Shown here piece after piece: positions 18,376 to 30,501 of a stretch of 34,336 bases of DNA. Location: contig JALAGF010005883.1 in the NCBI GenBank assembly GCA_030167865.1, positions 1-34,336 on the forward strand, given 5' to 3'. The notes below the pieces were generated by a model. The model saw only the letters and a program-made list of their open reading frames with translations. It was not told the origin of the DNA and made no database searches. Origin of the DNA: Craspedostauros australis (Eukaryota). Position 1 is the first letter of the stretch; each line of letters begins with the position of its first letter. The translations under genes and the position numbers were made by a program.

Positions 18376-20727
18376 ATGGCGAGTCCATGCGAAGGCTTGT
18401 GCAGCACCCCGATTTGCAAGACGGGAAGAGCGAGATGGTACCCACCGACGCGCAGCAGCGATGCCACGGGCGCACCCTCCGATCTGCCGGCCCTCAAGGT
18501 GCACAACAGCATCACGGATGACGTCGTGCCGTTCGTGCCGCGTCTGGGACGCACCGTCAACTGGTACGTCTGCGGACCCACCGTCTACGATGCCTGCCAC
18601 ATGGGACATGCTCGCGCGTACCTCACGTTCGACATCCTGCGCCGCATCATGGAGGACTACTTCAACTTCCACGTCCTCTACCAGGTCAACATCACGGACG
18701 TCGATGACAAGATCATCCTGCGCGCCAGGCAGAACGAGCTCATGAAGAACTACCGCGCGGCGGCCACCGACTACGACACCGTCAAGGCCTACGTCGAATC
18801 CGCGCTCTCCAACATGCTCGCCAAGCTGCAGGGCAAGGTCAAGGGCCTGGAGGAGCCTCTGCCGGAGGGCACGCCTGCCAAGCAGCTGGAGAAGCGCACC
18901 GAAGCGCTGGAGGAGGCCGCCTTCAAGCTCAGCCAGTTCGAGGAGGTCCACACCAAAGCCCTGGCGTTGATCGCCAGCGACGACAAGGACATCGGCGCGC
19001 TCATCACCTCGGCCCACGATGCCGTCGCAGCGCAGCTGGATTCCGAAAAGGGATCCAGCATCACCGACCACCAGATCTTCGAGCAGCATGCGCGCAGGTT
19101 CGAGCGAGAATTCTTCGAGGACTTGACGGCCCTGGGTGTCAAGGAACCGGATGTCATCTCCCGCGTCACGGAGTACGTGCCGCAGATCGTCGACTACATC
19201 AAGGGCATCATGGACAACGGATTCGGCTACGAATCCAACGGCTCCGTCTACTTCGACACCAACGGCTTCAAGTCCGAGGGGTACGACTACCGAAAGCTCA
19301 AGCCCGGCGTCGACACCAGCGCGGAGGAGATGGCCGAGGGCGAGGGCGCCCTGGCATCGACCGAGGGCAGCGAAAAGAAGCACCCCAACGACTTCGCCTT
19401 GTGGAAGACCAGCAAACCAGGCGAGCCATCGTGGGACTCGCCGTGGGGATCGGGACGCCCAGGATGGCACATCGAGTGCTCCGTCATGGCGTCCGACATC
19501 ATGGGGGAGAATCTAGACATTCACGGCGGAGGCGTCGATCTCATGTTCCCGCATCATGACAACGAGATGGCGCAGGCCGAGGCCTACCACAAATGCTGCC
19601 AATGGGTCAACTACTTCCTGCACGCCGGCCACCTTCACATCAAGGGGCTCAAGATGTCCAAGTCCTTGAAGAACTTCATCACCATCCGGCAGGCCCTGCA
19701 AGAGCACTCGCCGCGCCAGCTGCGTCTCATGTTCCTCATGCAGCCGTGGGACAAGCCAATGAACTACAGCGACCAGACGGTGGATGACGCCAAGGCCAAG
19801 GAGAAGTACTTCAAGAACTTCTTCGGTCAGGTCAAGTCCCTCCTAAGAAATGACTTCGTGTGCGAACGTCAGGGGTGGACGCCGCAGGACCGAGCCCTGT
19901 TCCACATCCTGCAGCAAAGCCAGGACAAGGTCCATGCATCCATCCTCGACAACTTCAAAACCTACGAGGCGATCCAATGGCTGGTCGAGCTGGTGCAGGA
20001 GTGCAACAAGTACCTCGTCGCCGAGGCCAAGCCAAAACACGTCCTCGTCAAGAAGGTCGCTCTCTACGTCACCAAGATGCTGCGAGTCTTCGGCGTCGTG
20101 CAGGGCAACGAGCAGGTGGGATTCAGCGATGGAGCTGGTGAAGGCGGTGCCTCGAAGGAGGACACCATCGGACCGTTCGTCGACGCCTTCGTCGATTTCC
20201 GCGAGACGATCCGCAATGCCGTGAAGTCCAAGGCAGCTCCCGGCGAAGTCATGCAACACTGCGACGACGTGCGTGACACGAAGTTGGCCGCGCTCGGTAT
20301 CCGCGTTGAGGATGGCGCCGGCTCCAGCGTGTGGAAGATGGACGATCCCGAGGTCATCCGCAAGGAAGTCGAAGAGAAGCGCCAAAAGGCCGCCGAGGCC
20401 GCCGCCAAGAAGATCAAGGCCAAGCTTGACAAGCTCAACACGGATTTGACCAAAGCCCAAACGTCCAAGATTCCGCCAGCCGAGTTCTTCAAAACGGGAG
20501 CCAACGCCGAGAAGTGGGGCAGTTATGACGACAAGGGGATGCCCGCCACCACGAAGCAGGGCGAGCCGCTTTCCAAGTCGCAGCAAAAGTCCGCCGCCAA
20601 GGAACTCAAGAACCATCAGAAGGCTCACGACAAGCTGGTGTCCGCGGCCGGCGAGCAAGGCATCGAAGCCTATTTGGCATCGTTGCAACAGCAAATCGAT
20701 GAGCTGCAAGCGAACATGGATGCGTGA
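18376..20727 (+). CDS. CARS1: Cysteine--tRNA ligase, eukaryotic cytosolic type (783 aa, intronless)
   Basis: WYVCGPTVYDACHMGHARAY (HIGH variant), NITDVDDKII, DFALWK, GRPGWHIECSVM, DIHGGGVDLMFPHHDNEMAQ, KMSKSLKNF. Has the eukaryotic insertion and C-terminal extension, and strong GC3 codon bias. Confidence 0.98.
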   Translation: MASPCEGLCSTPICKTGRARWYPPTRSSDATGAPSDLPALKVHNSITDDVVPFVPRLGRTVNWYVCGPTVYDACHMGHARAYLTFDILRRIMEDYFNFHVLYQVNITDVDDKIILRARQNELMKNYRAAATDYDTVKAYVESALSNMLAKLQGKVKGLEEPLPEGTPAKQLEKRTEALEEAAFKLSQFEEVHTKALALIASDDKDIGALITSAHDAVAAQLDSEKGSSITDHQIFEQHARRFEREFFEDLTALGVKEPDVISRVTEYVPQIVDYIKGIMDNGFGYESNGSVYFDTNGFKSEGYDYRKLKPGVDTSAEEMAEGEGALASTEGSEKKHPNDFALWKTSKPGEPSWDSPWGSGRPGWHIECSVMASDIMGENLDIHGGGVDLMFPHHDNEMAQAEAYHKCCQWVNYFLHAGHLHIKGLKMSKSLKNFITIRQALQEHSPRQLRLMFLMQPWDKPMNYSDQTVDDAKAKEKYFKNFFGQVKSLLRNDFVCERQGWTPQDRALFHILQQSQDKVHASILDNFKTYEAIQWLVELVQECNKYLVAEAKPKHVLVKKVALYVTKMLRVFGVVQGNEQVGFSDGAGEGGASKEDTIGPFVDAFVDFRETIRNAVKSKAAPGEVMQHCDDVRDTKLAALGIRVEDGAGSSVWKMDDPEVIRKEVEEKRQKAAEAAAKKIKAKLDKLNTDLTKAQTSKIPPAEFFKTGANAEKWGSYDDKGMPATTKQGEPLSKSQQKSAAKELKNHQKAHDKLVSAAGEQGIEAYLASLQQQIDELQANMDA

Positions 20728-20967
20728 GATAAACCGTGAACGTGTTAAATGAAGAGGAGAGCGCATGGTTTCAAGCAATCCAAGAACACTGACAGTAAGC
20801 ATCGTGACATCTACTACATTCTAATTCTCGTATAAGGTTGACTGGACGTTGCATAACTTTGCGCGTGCTTACTTTACATCGCACGTATGTAGCGATCAAG
20901 CACATGGCATTCCAGAATGCGCAACTGTTGTTACAGTAGTACGCATTGGCTGTGTGCTGTTTCTGGA

Positions 20968-21771
20968 TCACACAAAAGCAACCTTCAGATCTCTCCTTTC
21001 TTTCCACTCTGGCATGACGTGATTTTTGATCAAATCTTTGATATACGGCGTTGTATCTGGAAGGGAGCACACCGTGAAGTTCTTGGGGTTGACGAAAGCA
21101 TCGAGGACGACCAGCTTGGATTCTGCAAACGACAGATGCCCGCTGTCTGCCAACGTAGCCAACCGGTGCGGAGTCCCAATCGCGATCGGGTAGGCGGCAT
21201 CCGACAGCATGTTTTCCTGTTCCTTCACCGACAGATGCTTCGCAAACAACTTCGCCACGCGTAATCGATACGGCGCCAGCTCCTTGAGGAGGTCCACCGC
21301 ACGACGAGCCGACAGGCACACAATGAGAATCATGGGACTTCCCTTGGTCTTCCAGCTCTTCATTTTCTTTTTCGATATGATATTCTGCATCCGATCAAAG
21401 AAGGTGGATCCGTAAACGTCAGATTTCGGTGCTCCCACCGTGCAGTGGCTGTGCACCTTCGCTCCTGTCAGTTTGGTAAGAAAGGATGCCTGCTCTTCAC
21501 ATGATCCCTCCTTCATTTCACGGGCCTGCTTCATCCATATCTGCTTCGCCTTCTTGCTTTCCGATGGTGCAATCGTTGCCGAATTCTGCGATTTCTTGCG
21601 TTCTTCGGTCGCGACAGTCGGATCCACATCTCGTTTCCGCTTTCGTTTGCTGCCACCCTGCTGCTGTGGTTCGTCCACCTTGCCTTCATCATCGCTTTCT
21701 CCAGACGATTCTCCAGCTATCACCGGGGCTGCCCAGAATTCATCGTCGCTACCGAGATCATCACCGCCCAT
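20968..21771 (-). CDS. CMS1: CMS1/CMSS1-like U3-containing 90S pre-ribosome factor (degenerate DEAD-box-like fold)
   Basis: N-terminal GDDLGSDDEF; GSPMILIVCLSARRAVDLLKEL; VAKLFAKHLSVKEQ; IAIGTPHRL; LVVLD. Confidence 0.88.
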   Translation of the reverse strand: MGGDDLGSDDEFWAAPVIAGESSGESDDEGKVDEPQQQGGSKRKRKRDVDPTVATEERKKSQNSATIAPSESKKAKQIWMKQAREMKEGSCEEQASFLTKLTGAKVHSHCTVGAPKSDVYGSTFFDRMQNIISKKKMKSWKTKGSPMILIVCLSARRAVDLLKELAPYRLRVAKLFAKHLSVKEQENMLSDAAYPIAIGTPHRLATLADSGHLSFAESKLVVLDAFVNPKNFTVCSLPDTTPYIKDLIKNHVMPEWKERRDLKVAFV

Positions 21772-21938
21772 TCTTCTGTCAGATTTCGGAAAATGCGTCT
21801 ATTGTTCGGCTTTGAACAGCTGGGGCTTTGGAGGCAGCAGGGCTTCTGATCAGATCAGACCAACACAAAGCGATGCGTTCCGAAAGGTCTTGTAGGTACG
21901 GAGAGTAGATCGTTTCTATTATATGAATAGCACTCTGC

Positions 21939-21966
21939 AGACAGACAGATAGATAGATAGAGAGAG
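21939..21966. repeat. Compound (AGAC)/(AGAT)/(AG) microsatellite
   Basis: agacagacagatagatagatagagagag. Confidence 0.8.
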
Positions 21967-23153
21967 CGAGAGGAGTTACACGAAGCTGTCTTGGGCACGT
22001 CACTTCTTTGTGAGGAGCACTGCAACGACAACATGGGCGACGATGATGATGGCGGTAGCTTGTCGGTGGTGCTTTTTTGGTTGGCGAACGTGTGAACATA
22101 CGGACGGCAGCCAGGTCAATTAAAAGATGATTTAATTTATTCGAACGCGGACAAAATAGAATTGAAGACACAAACGGACAACCAAGTGTATTGTTCGAGT
22201 TGACAATTCTTGCTGATTTGTTCGCGGTGTGCGATGTTCGAATGAGATCCATCATCAACTCTTCTCCACGTCAGTGGAGGCTTCGCGTTTTGTACACTAA
22301 AATTGTCGCAATCCTTCGGCTGCCACGTACCCCTCAAAACACGTCAACGGAGAACGAAAAGAACAAGCGAAGAAGCGAATGGTATCTTTGGTGTCTCGGA
22401 TCCAACGAAGCGAAACTCAGCCCAAGGCACAACAACAACCAAACCACACAAGAAGCATGACCAAGATGAGAGACGCACAGCTATCACACACAGTTAAGAC
22501 ACACGCAAACAAGGGCAAACTGAGCACAAACCAAAGCAAATCAAACAAAGGCGCGAAACAAAGGCAAAGGCAAAGGCGAGAAGCAAACGGTGGACCACAG
22601 AGTACGACAACACAACACCAGCTTCCTTTCTGTTCGACTTCGATGGTGAAGCGACTTCGTGACACCAAAGTTCTCGATTTGGTTCGGAGCACTTGGATGC
22701 TGCGACCCCACATGCGAAACGTACGGTGATGGGGAGGACTTAAGTGATCCATTGTCCTCTATTCTCCAAAGCTGCAACTTCTTGTGGATGCATTCCACCC
22801 AGTTGCGTGTTCTGGATGAGACGTCGTCTTGGACATCCTCACACTAACGTTGATACAGCCTTGCGACTTCCACCATGTCCAAGCCCTTAACAATCGCTAC
22901 ATGACGCAAACATTTCTCTGTCGGTGTCACCATCTGGCGGTATGACGCTAATGCCCAGTCCCCTGAAGTGGAACCGACAAGGAACATTGCGTGGCTGAAA
23001 GAGGCTGACAACGAACAGCTTGATGGGAGAGCCTGGTGCCCGAGTTCTGAATTTTCTTTTGTTCTCCAATTCATCCAAGGTGCGCTCCTGATGTCGCGCG
23101 ACCTGATCCGATCTGACATGCAGCGATGTGCGATACTGACACGGTGATTTAGC

Positions 23154-23196
23154 GTGATGTGATGTGATGTGATGTGATGTGATGTGGTATGATGTG
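23154..23196. repeat. (GTGAT)n pentanucleotide microsatellite
   Basis: About 6 perfect units plus 2 degenerate units. Confidence 0.9.
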
Positions 23197-23724
23197 CTTT
23201 GGCCTCTCTCTTTGGCTCCACTTGAGCCGGCTTGGCTTGGCTTTTGAAGTACGTGTATGTACTTGTACTCGTACTCTTGCGGTCAATGGTTTGCTCCTAC
23301 TTGCGTCACGCATTGTCTCGCCAACGATCTCGCGATACCGTTTCCCATCAGCACCACACCCCCAATACGCTTGTTCCAACGCACATCAGTCTCCGATCGA
23401 GTTGATTGATGGCTTGGTGCGAACTGGCACTCTGTGATGCACTCTGTGGTGTACTGGCACGTGAAAACGTGACAAACGACAAACATGAAAGAACGAACAA
23501 AAAACTTACCACTGCCATCATCAATACCATCGCTACGACCGTCATCGCTCCCATCGCTCCGTTGATACTACTACTACTACCACTACTGTCATCACCACGG
23601 GTGATACTACGGTTGCTGGTGTTGCCGTTGGTGTTGCGGGATCAGCTCAACGCAGTCGGCAGCATCAACGGTGACCCCGGTGCACTACTTGCAGCAGAAG
23701 TGATCAGAAAAGCAGCAGCAACGA

Positions 23725-23790
23725 CAGCAGTCATCAAACGGCAGCAGTCATCAAACGACATCTATCATCAAACGACATCCATCATCACGG
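23725..23790. repeat. 17-bp minisatellite x~4 (core tcatcaaacg)
   Basis: cagcagtcatcaaacgg / cagcagtcatcaaacga / catctatcatcaaacga / catccatcatcacgg. Confidence 0.8.
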
Positions 23791-24159
23791 CTACAAGAGG
23801 CACGGGCTTGTGAGCCAAGCTCCGTCAGAGCCTGTCGCACTTCTGCTTAGCCAACTCTCGCGCACACGGGAAGACCCAGCACAGACGTCAAGTTCTGACA
23901 GAGCGTTCCCTCTTGATCAGTCCCATCGTTCTACCACAGAGGTCTCGACCTCAGACTTCATTGCTGACACCTCGGAGCACATCGCAGGCACGTTCTACGT
24001 ACGAGCTTCGCACACGCAGAAACGCAGACCAAAAGCCAAAGACATGTGCATACATGCACATGCGCATGCACACGCACAGACTCTCCTCTCCACAGATCGT
24101 TTCAACAAGACAGCATAGAGTGGCAGCACCATCGTCTCTGATCGCAAGCAGTCATCGTC

Positions 24160-25695
24160 ATGTCAAATCGACAAGAGTCATCCTCCAACGCCACACAAAC
24201 ATCAGGAGCAGCGCCTACACCTGCTCCCGCGGCTTCAGAACCAAGAGATGAAAGAGGCGAAGCAACTACCGATCATGCTCCTCAACAACAACAGGGACGC
24301 AACCCTAACATCCATCAGTCTCTCCACCAATCCAGCACTGCTGACATCGCATCCACGGCGCAGATGACTGCAACGACAACGACAACGACAACGGCCATCG
24401 CGGCATCAGGGATGTCACAGCCAGCAAGAACAGGATCCACCTCCATTGCCGACTCAACAGGATCGGCCGACGACATGACGTACACGAGTAACATCGCAGC
24501 AGCGTGCGCAGCCACCAACGCCGAAATTCAGAACCAACCTGAGCTGTCTGAAGAGCTCCAGAAGGTGAGGAGATTGGAGATGAACCGGGTGAATGCACAG
24601 AGGAACAGGAACCGAAAGCGCATTCTGATCGACATGATACAAGCTGAGCAGCAGGAGCTCCTGATCGCCAACAGCGCCCTGAAACACGAAAATGAACAAC
24701 TTCGGAATGCGATAAGGCAAGTCAAAGCACGGCAGCTGGAAGGAGGAATCGATTCTCATCCTCGGGCCCGGTCTCAGAATCAGATTCAGCCGCAAATCCA
24801 GCCTCAGCTTCAACCTCATCTCGAATCACACTCTCATGGGTCTGTCGATGCAGCTGCACATACAACGCAGACTCCACACACCACGGCACCTGCCACTGCG
24901 GGATTGCTCTCGAGCCAAATACTACCACGTCACCCCCAATTCGCGACCAACATGGCACTACCTTCTGCTAGCCTGCTACCTCGATCTCAATTTCAGCCGC
25001 TGCAGCATATCCAACCTCGAACCCATCTCCAGGCGGCACAGCTACAAGCACCATCGCAACAGATACCTCAACAACCCACGCAACTAACACAATCGACACA
25101 ACCTGAACATCTGCCACAGATACCACAGCAAGCATACGACGCCATCATGGCACAGGCTGTCATGGTCAGCCAGCTACTTCTCCAACAGCAGATATTAGGC
25201 TTGGGTGGGGTACCGCCAACATTCGCGACAGCAACATCGTTGTTGCCAACAGCACTTTCAGGCACCACTGCTTCGATCCAAGGACAAGGGCAAGCGCAAG
25301 CGCAGCCGAGTACAAGCATGCTCCCCAGCAATACGGGCCATGTCTCAGTACAGCAGCAGCAGCAGCAGCCGCTACAAGAGGAGCAGTTGCAACCGCAGCC
25401 ACAACAGCAGCCACACCAGCTGACTCACTTGGATCAAACCTTGCAACCATCAGCCAATCCAGTCCAGCAAGACCAGCCTGAGTCCGCCCAGTACATCCAA
25501 CAGCCGTTGACAGCGCAGCATGGATTCCAACACCACTATCACCATGGGCAGCAGCAGCAGCAGAAGAAGAATGCTCAACAACGAGATGAGGTTCAAGATG
25601 ATCCCCCGCCCGCAACACAAAAGAAGGATACGCACGATGGGGCTCACAGCAAGCCCAGAGAGGACAACCAGAGCACCACCCAAGCACCGACCTGA
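24160..25695 (+). CDS. bZIP transcription factor with long Q/P-rich C-terminal region (511 aa)
   Basis: Basic region RRLEMNRVNAQRNRNRKR (N-x7-R) followed by heptads I-QAEQQE-L-LIANSA-L-KHENEQ-L-RNAIRQ-V; poly-Q tracts. Confidence 0.85.
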   Translation: MSNRQESSSNATQTSGAAPTPAPAASEPRDERGEATTDHAPQQQQGRNPNIHQSLHQSSTADIASTAQMTATTTTTTTAIAASGMSQPARTGSTSIADSTGSADDMTYTSNIAAACAATNAEIQNQPELSEELQKVRRLEMNRVNAQRNRNRKRILIDMIQAEQQELLIANSALKHENEQLRNAIRQVKARQLEGGIDSHPRARSQNQIQPQIQPQLQPHLESHSHGSVDAAAHTTQTPHTTAPATAGLLSSQILPRHPQFATNMALPSASLLPRSQFQPLQHIQPRTHLQAAQLQAPSQQIPQQPTQLTQSTQPEHLPQIPQQAYDAIMAQAVMVSQLLLQQQILGLGGVPPTFATATSLLPTALSGTTASIQGQGQAQAQPSTSMLPSNTGHVSVQQQQQQPLQEEQLQPQPQQQPHQLTHLDQTLQPSANPVQQDQPESAQYIQQPLTAQHGFQHHYHHGQQQQQKKNAQQRDEVQDDPPPATQKKDTHDGAHSKPREDNQSTTQAPT

Positions 25696-26225
25696 AGGGC
25701 TGGCTAGCTTCCTGGTTAACTGGCCGACTGTATCGGTGAGAAACACTTGATTCCGTTACTTCGAGCGATCGATCATTCGTATCGTGCACAAACAAGTTGG
25801 CCACTTCGTGGATACTGTACAAATACTGCGCTGCGCTGCGCTGTACTGCATTGTATGTCTTACTCATCCCAATTTCTTTCAGTCATCTTACTCTTGCGAG
25901 ATGTACTACAACTACTACTCGTACCACACTATTATATAATACTATGCGCCGATTTTTGGCGTGTAACTTTCAACCGCGCTGATATGGACGCCAAGAAAGT
26001 TACACTTGCATCGTCACATTTTGCATCGGGAGATGTACATGCGCAGCCTGGCGGAACATATCGCATCCAATTTCGTTACGCTGCGCACAAGTCCGCGATG
26101 GTCTTACAGATTCGAAGTCCATCAACAACATCCGATACGCAGGTAAGTATTGTGTCATAGTGTAGAGGCGATCCTTGAGTGCCACGATGTTCTCACAAAT
26201 GACTGGCACAAACAATTCCATCACC

Positions 26226-26259
26226 GTGCCGTGTTGTGCTGTGCTGTGCTGTGCTGTGC
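26226..26259. repeat. (GTGCT)n pentanucleotide microsatellite
   Basis: gtgccgtgttgtgctgtgctgtgctgtgctgtgc. Confidence 0.85.
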
Positions 26260-29200
26260 CATCGCCTTCGCTGCTGAAGTCGTTGCTGAGCTCGCTGATT
26301 TGCTCATCTACTTTTCTTATTCTCGTTCTCTCATCGTCTTCGCTCTATGGGTTTGAATGTTGCTACGAGAATGCTCCGAACACACGCACAGGTGTCGCAA
26401 CCATCTCTCTGTTCGAAATGGCATCGAATGCAACATGCCACTTTTGCTCTGCACGAAAAGTATTGCGTGAACTAGGCTATGCGACTCCTTGCTGGTACCG
26501 CGCGCATACCCTGTAATCCTCAAGCAACCGCGATCAGCACCTCCTGTACAGAGCCATTCTTGTTGCCAGCAAGGTTACTCGGTATTTCCGTCCTGGCGCC
26601 ACAGGCCACATCAGGTCACAATTGAAACTTGTACCAGGCCAACCTACCACGCGATCGTAGGAGCGCGCAGATGCCGGTTGCATCTGCGAATGGCGTGACC
26701 AGGGTCATTTCCGCAACTGGCAATCCAAGCAGTCCTGATGGTCCCAACACCATCTACTGTTTCCTCAAACGACATCACCAACAAGGACAGAGTAGGAGAT
26801 ACATTCAAGCGTGTCCCAGATTGCGTGATCTCGACATCTCTGTACGGAATGGTGTGACATTCTCTGTGATAATTATTTACGGTGCAAGGAGAACACGAAG
26901 GTTCGCACGGTTCATGAGTTCGTTCACGACACCAAATTGTTGCTCACAATTCTGGCAGCAAACACATCCATTCACAATACACCACAAAGCAGCAGCTCTC
27001 TCGCCGTCCTGGCTTGCCAGCAACATCAGAAACATTAGCATGAATAGGGCAGGACACTGCACTCTACTCCAGTACAAATATGAGTGCAATGCAGTACAAT
27101 TCAATGCAATGCAATACAATACCATCTAATATATCACAAGTTGTGCGATGGCATCGTCTTCATTCTCGAGGCTGCGCTGCTCCCAATGTTGATGCCGGAT
27201 GAATGATCCTGCTCGTACTCATGATTCGTCTGTCTTGATTTCAGCCAAGCAGGTACCCTGCGAGTATGCATCTCGCTCATTCTCTGCCTCCGTCTGTCTC
27301 TGGCCGCTATGGGACACCTGTACCAAACGAATACGGATACGAATAAAGGTTGTGCTCTGGAGCTGCGGGAACACGAAAGCGCATCTGCTGACCAAATGGC
27401 CGGCGCTGGTACGACCAGTCTCCGCCAATATCCTGCCTGTTCATTCGCCACTGGATTGGCATCGGTATGGATCTCGACGCGGATAGTGATGTCATTGCTG
27501 CGATTACTCCTTGGTTGTACACGGCAGTTGATGCGTGTCCCCATGCATGGCGTCGTGTCGATGTTAGCGCTGGCGTCCACAACACATTGCTCCATTCTCG
27601 CATATCACGAAGATGATTGAGATGTCGCCATACCTCCGATAGGAGTGGAGACACGCACCACGCTGTGTGCGGAGTCCTTCACAGCAATTCGTGTTGCTTT
27701 GCTTTGCGTGATGTATCACACATCGTCGCCATCAATGCGATGCCATTTGTTCTGCAGGCAGAAGGAGGCGACAGAGAGGCACAGTTGATAGGTACAGAAA
27801 GTATCACTCCGACGAACCTGACGCGGTCAGTCCAGAGATCAGATGGCTCAATCACACTTCAACCTGAGTTTGGTCGTGTCAGATCCAGGCCAAACATAAA
27901 TGTGCTTGGTGTCTGGATACAATTGTGGAGGTACGCACATCACACACCCGCGCATCTACGAGCACCGCGAGAAGGCCAACGAAGCGTGCTGGTCTCTGTT
28001 TGTTTGACCGATGTGTGCTGATTGATGGGTTCCAAAACCTGGGCGATGTGGTCCCTTGTGCACAGTTCTTTGCACAGTTCTTCGCACGTCTCCAAATCCA
28101 GCGCCGGGCTGTTCTGAACGAGCACACTCTGGGTGATGTCTGAGATCCTGCATGTTGTCACATTTCTGCCCATCCCAGTGGTTTGCCTTGTCGCGGTTGA
28201 TTCTGTTTTGTTGTGTTCTGTTCTGCTCTGCTCTGCGCCATTGTCGCAGCTCTCTCCTTGCTCTCTCCTTGTTTCGTTGATTGCTTGCGTGCCTGACGGA
28301 ATGGAAGTGGTGTCAGCGGAGGTGCCACACCACGCCAGGCCGTACACCATGCCATGACCACAAGAGCAGAACCAGATTGCAGTTCGAAGAGCAACGACAC
28401 CAGCCCCGGTACTACCGCGGCGTGGAAGAGGGGAAGCACAACATCAACGAAAGTGCTACCGAGTCAATGAACAGTCACAAACACCTCTCAATCATGTTGA
28501 ACTGGACACTTGCGCACTTTCACAACAGCCCTTCAATGGGGATTGTTGACGCTCGCGGCGGATACAGCAATTTTATCATCTTATTGCCATCCTGTCACGA
28601 ATGTGGCGCTTCCACCAATCATTTTCCCTCAAACATATGATCGTATGAGTCTATTGACACTGCTCGTTGTTACAGACCCGTTGCGCTGCTTTCATTCACA
28701 GTTCAACAATCACAGGGGCTCAGATGTTAGCTCTCAATTGTTCCTTCTGCCCTTGGTCAAATACAAGGAATCACCATGACGATTCTCCAGCGAACACTCT
28801 GATCGCGTCTTTCCGAGCTTAGCATGTCGTCGGATTCCTTGGATGAGAGTTCGCCATTCTTCGAATGCTGTTTTCCACACACAAACAGGCACACTCGCAT
28901 AAATGCAGGTCTAGCTGTGTCCGCGAAGCACCACAAGGAATCCCATCGGGCAGCTGCACCAAGTGCAACAGATACGACGCAACAACATCGAACGACAAAT
29001 GTCGGTGAGACAACAAACAGAGGGACTCCGCCACGCTCGCTTCGCTCTGCCCTTCCCTGTTCGGATCCGTTCTCTTCTGCACCCTGACCTCCTCTTCTCG
29101 ACTCTCCGGATCTGCTCCACCCTGCTCTGCTGTGCCATTCTGCCAAAATCGGCTCCTGCGGAACACAGTTGGTTGGCAACCAGATTGCATGCAGACGCAA

Positions 29201-29421
29201 TCCCTCACACAACACCAGAGATGGTAGCAATTGGATCTTGTGGAGGGCCTGCGAGGAGTAAACTCATACCTTTGGCGACCAATCCAGGCAACCCAAGACC
29301 ACCTCCAATAAGTATGGGTCCAGTATGCTAACGAAGCCAACATGAGGAGGGTGTTCTGTGCGTCCAACGAAATGGTTGGCGATCTGAGGTTGTGACCTTG
29401 GTACTGATGCTGATACTGTGC

Positions 29422-29464
29422 TTGCTGCTGCTGTTGCTGCTGTTGACGCTGCTGCTGTTGTTGT
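29422..29464. repeat. Imperfect (TGC/TGT)n trinucleotide tract
   Basis: ttgctgctgctgttgctgctgttgacgctgctgctgttgttg. Confidence 0.75.
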
Positions 29465-30501
29465 CGATGAAAGAAGATGAATAGGTCGTCGTTGCAACTG
29501 GAGGTGATGTTGGATACGTCCAAAGTCCACGGAAATACCTTGATTGTTCAACCATCAATCAACGTAGTCGCATCAGTAGCGATGTTCGTGCTTCGTGCTA
29601 TTGAGTTGCAATCTTAGATAAAAGTGTAAGTGTAAGTGTAGGTGTAGATATAGTTGCAATTGTAGCTGGAGGCGTACATGTCATCATGGCTGTGGAGGCG
29701 CGGTTGTAGAGTAGGTGACTCTCGGGACAGTTGGCGATGGCAGTAGCAGCGGCGTGTGCTCTAAGTTCTGTGCAAGTACGTGTGTGTCTGAGTGTGGTGA
29801 AGGAAGGCACAAAAACGGACAACACACACGATACACACGATACGACACGATACGACACGACCAAACGAACGAACGAACGAATTCAGCGTATCTGCATGTC
29901 TGTCTGTTCACCCGGCATTCAACTGGCTGACTGATTGTCCCCTTTCGATGCATAGTCGCAGCTCGCGCCCGTACCGATGCGTCCTACTCGACTCTACACG
30001 GAGATTGTCTGCGAGTATTCCTGACAGCAAACCGGAGACGAAATGGGAAGGGAAGAAGCGGCAGGAAGAGGAGAGGAGAGGCGAAGTGTGTACGCACCAT
30101 AAGAATCCAACGTTACCAAGATCAGATAAGGATGGAGTAGGCGGTACACGTCAATAGCCAAGACCGGACAAATCCAAGGAGAGCACGGCAAAAGACCAGA
30201 GAGAAAAAACACTGAAAGATCAGAACTGAGATTGCCCCGCTTCCCTATACTCCACTCTACTCCACTCTACGCTGACCCCACTCTGCGAGTACTCAAGGAC
30301 AAAACACATCGAACTACGGATCCACCCACAAACCCAACAGGTCTCACAATATTCAAATCCGCAACAACCACAGAACACACACCGCATCTCAGCACTACTC
30401 GTACCAACACAGCAACACAGCAACACTTCCAGTAGCATTCACTCTCTTCTTCACCTCTGTTTCCGCTCACGCTCACGCTGACGATCTCGCTCTCGTTCAA
30501 G

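Noticed and set aside
18349..20802. Long antisense ORFs (373 aa at 18349-19470 and 319 aa at 19843-20802)
   Set aside because: Shadows of the GC3-biased CysRS gene; no independent motifs.
22541..23221. Two same-frame minus-strand ORFs separated by one TAG (possible gene relic)
   Set aside because: No recognisable domain, and both ends run into microsatellite or low-complexity sequence.
28819..29551. Poly-Q ORF and an F-box-like snippet (ILDPYLLEVVLGCLDW) on the minus strand
   Set aside because: No ATG in the F-box-like frame, the poly-Q comes from a trinucleotide tract, and the similarity is too short to support.
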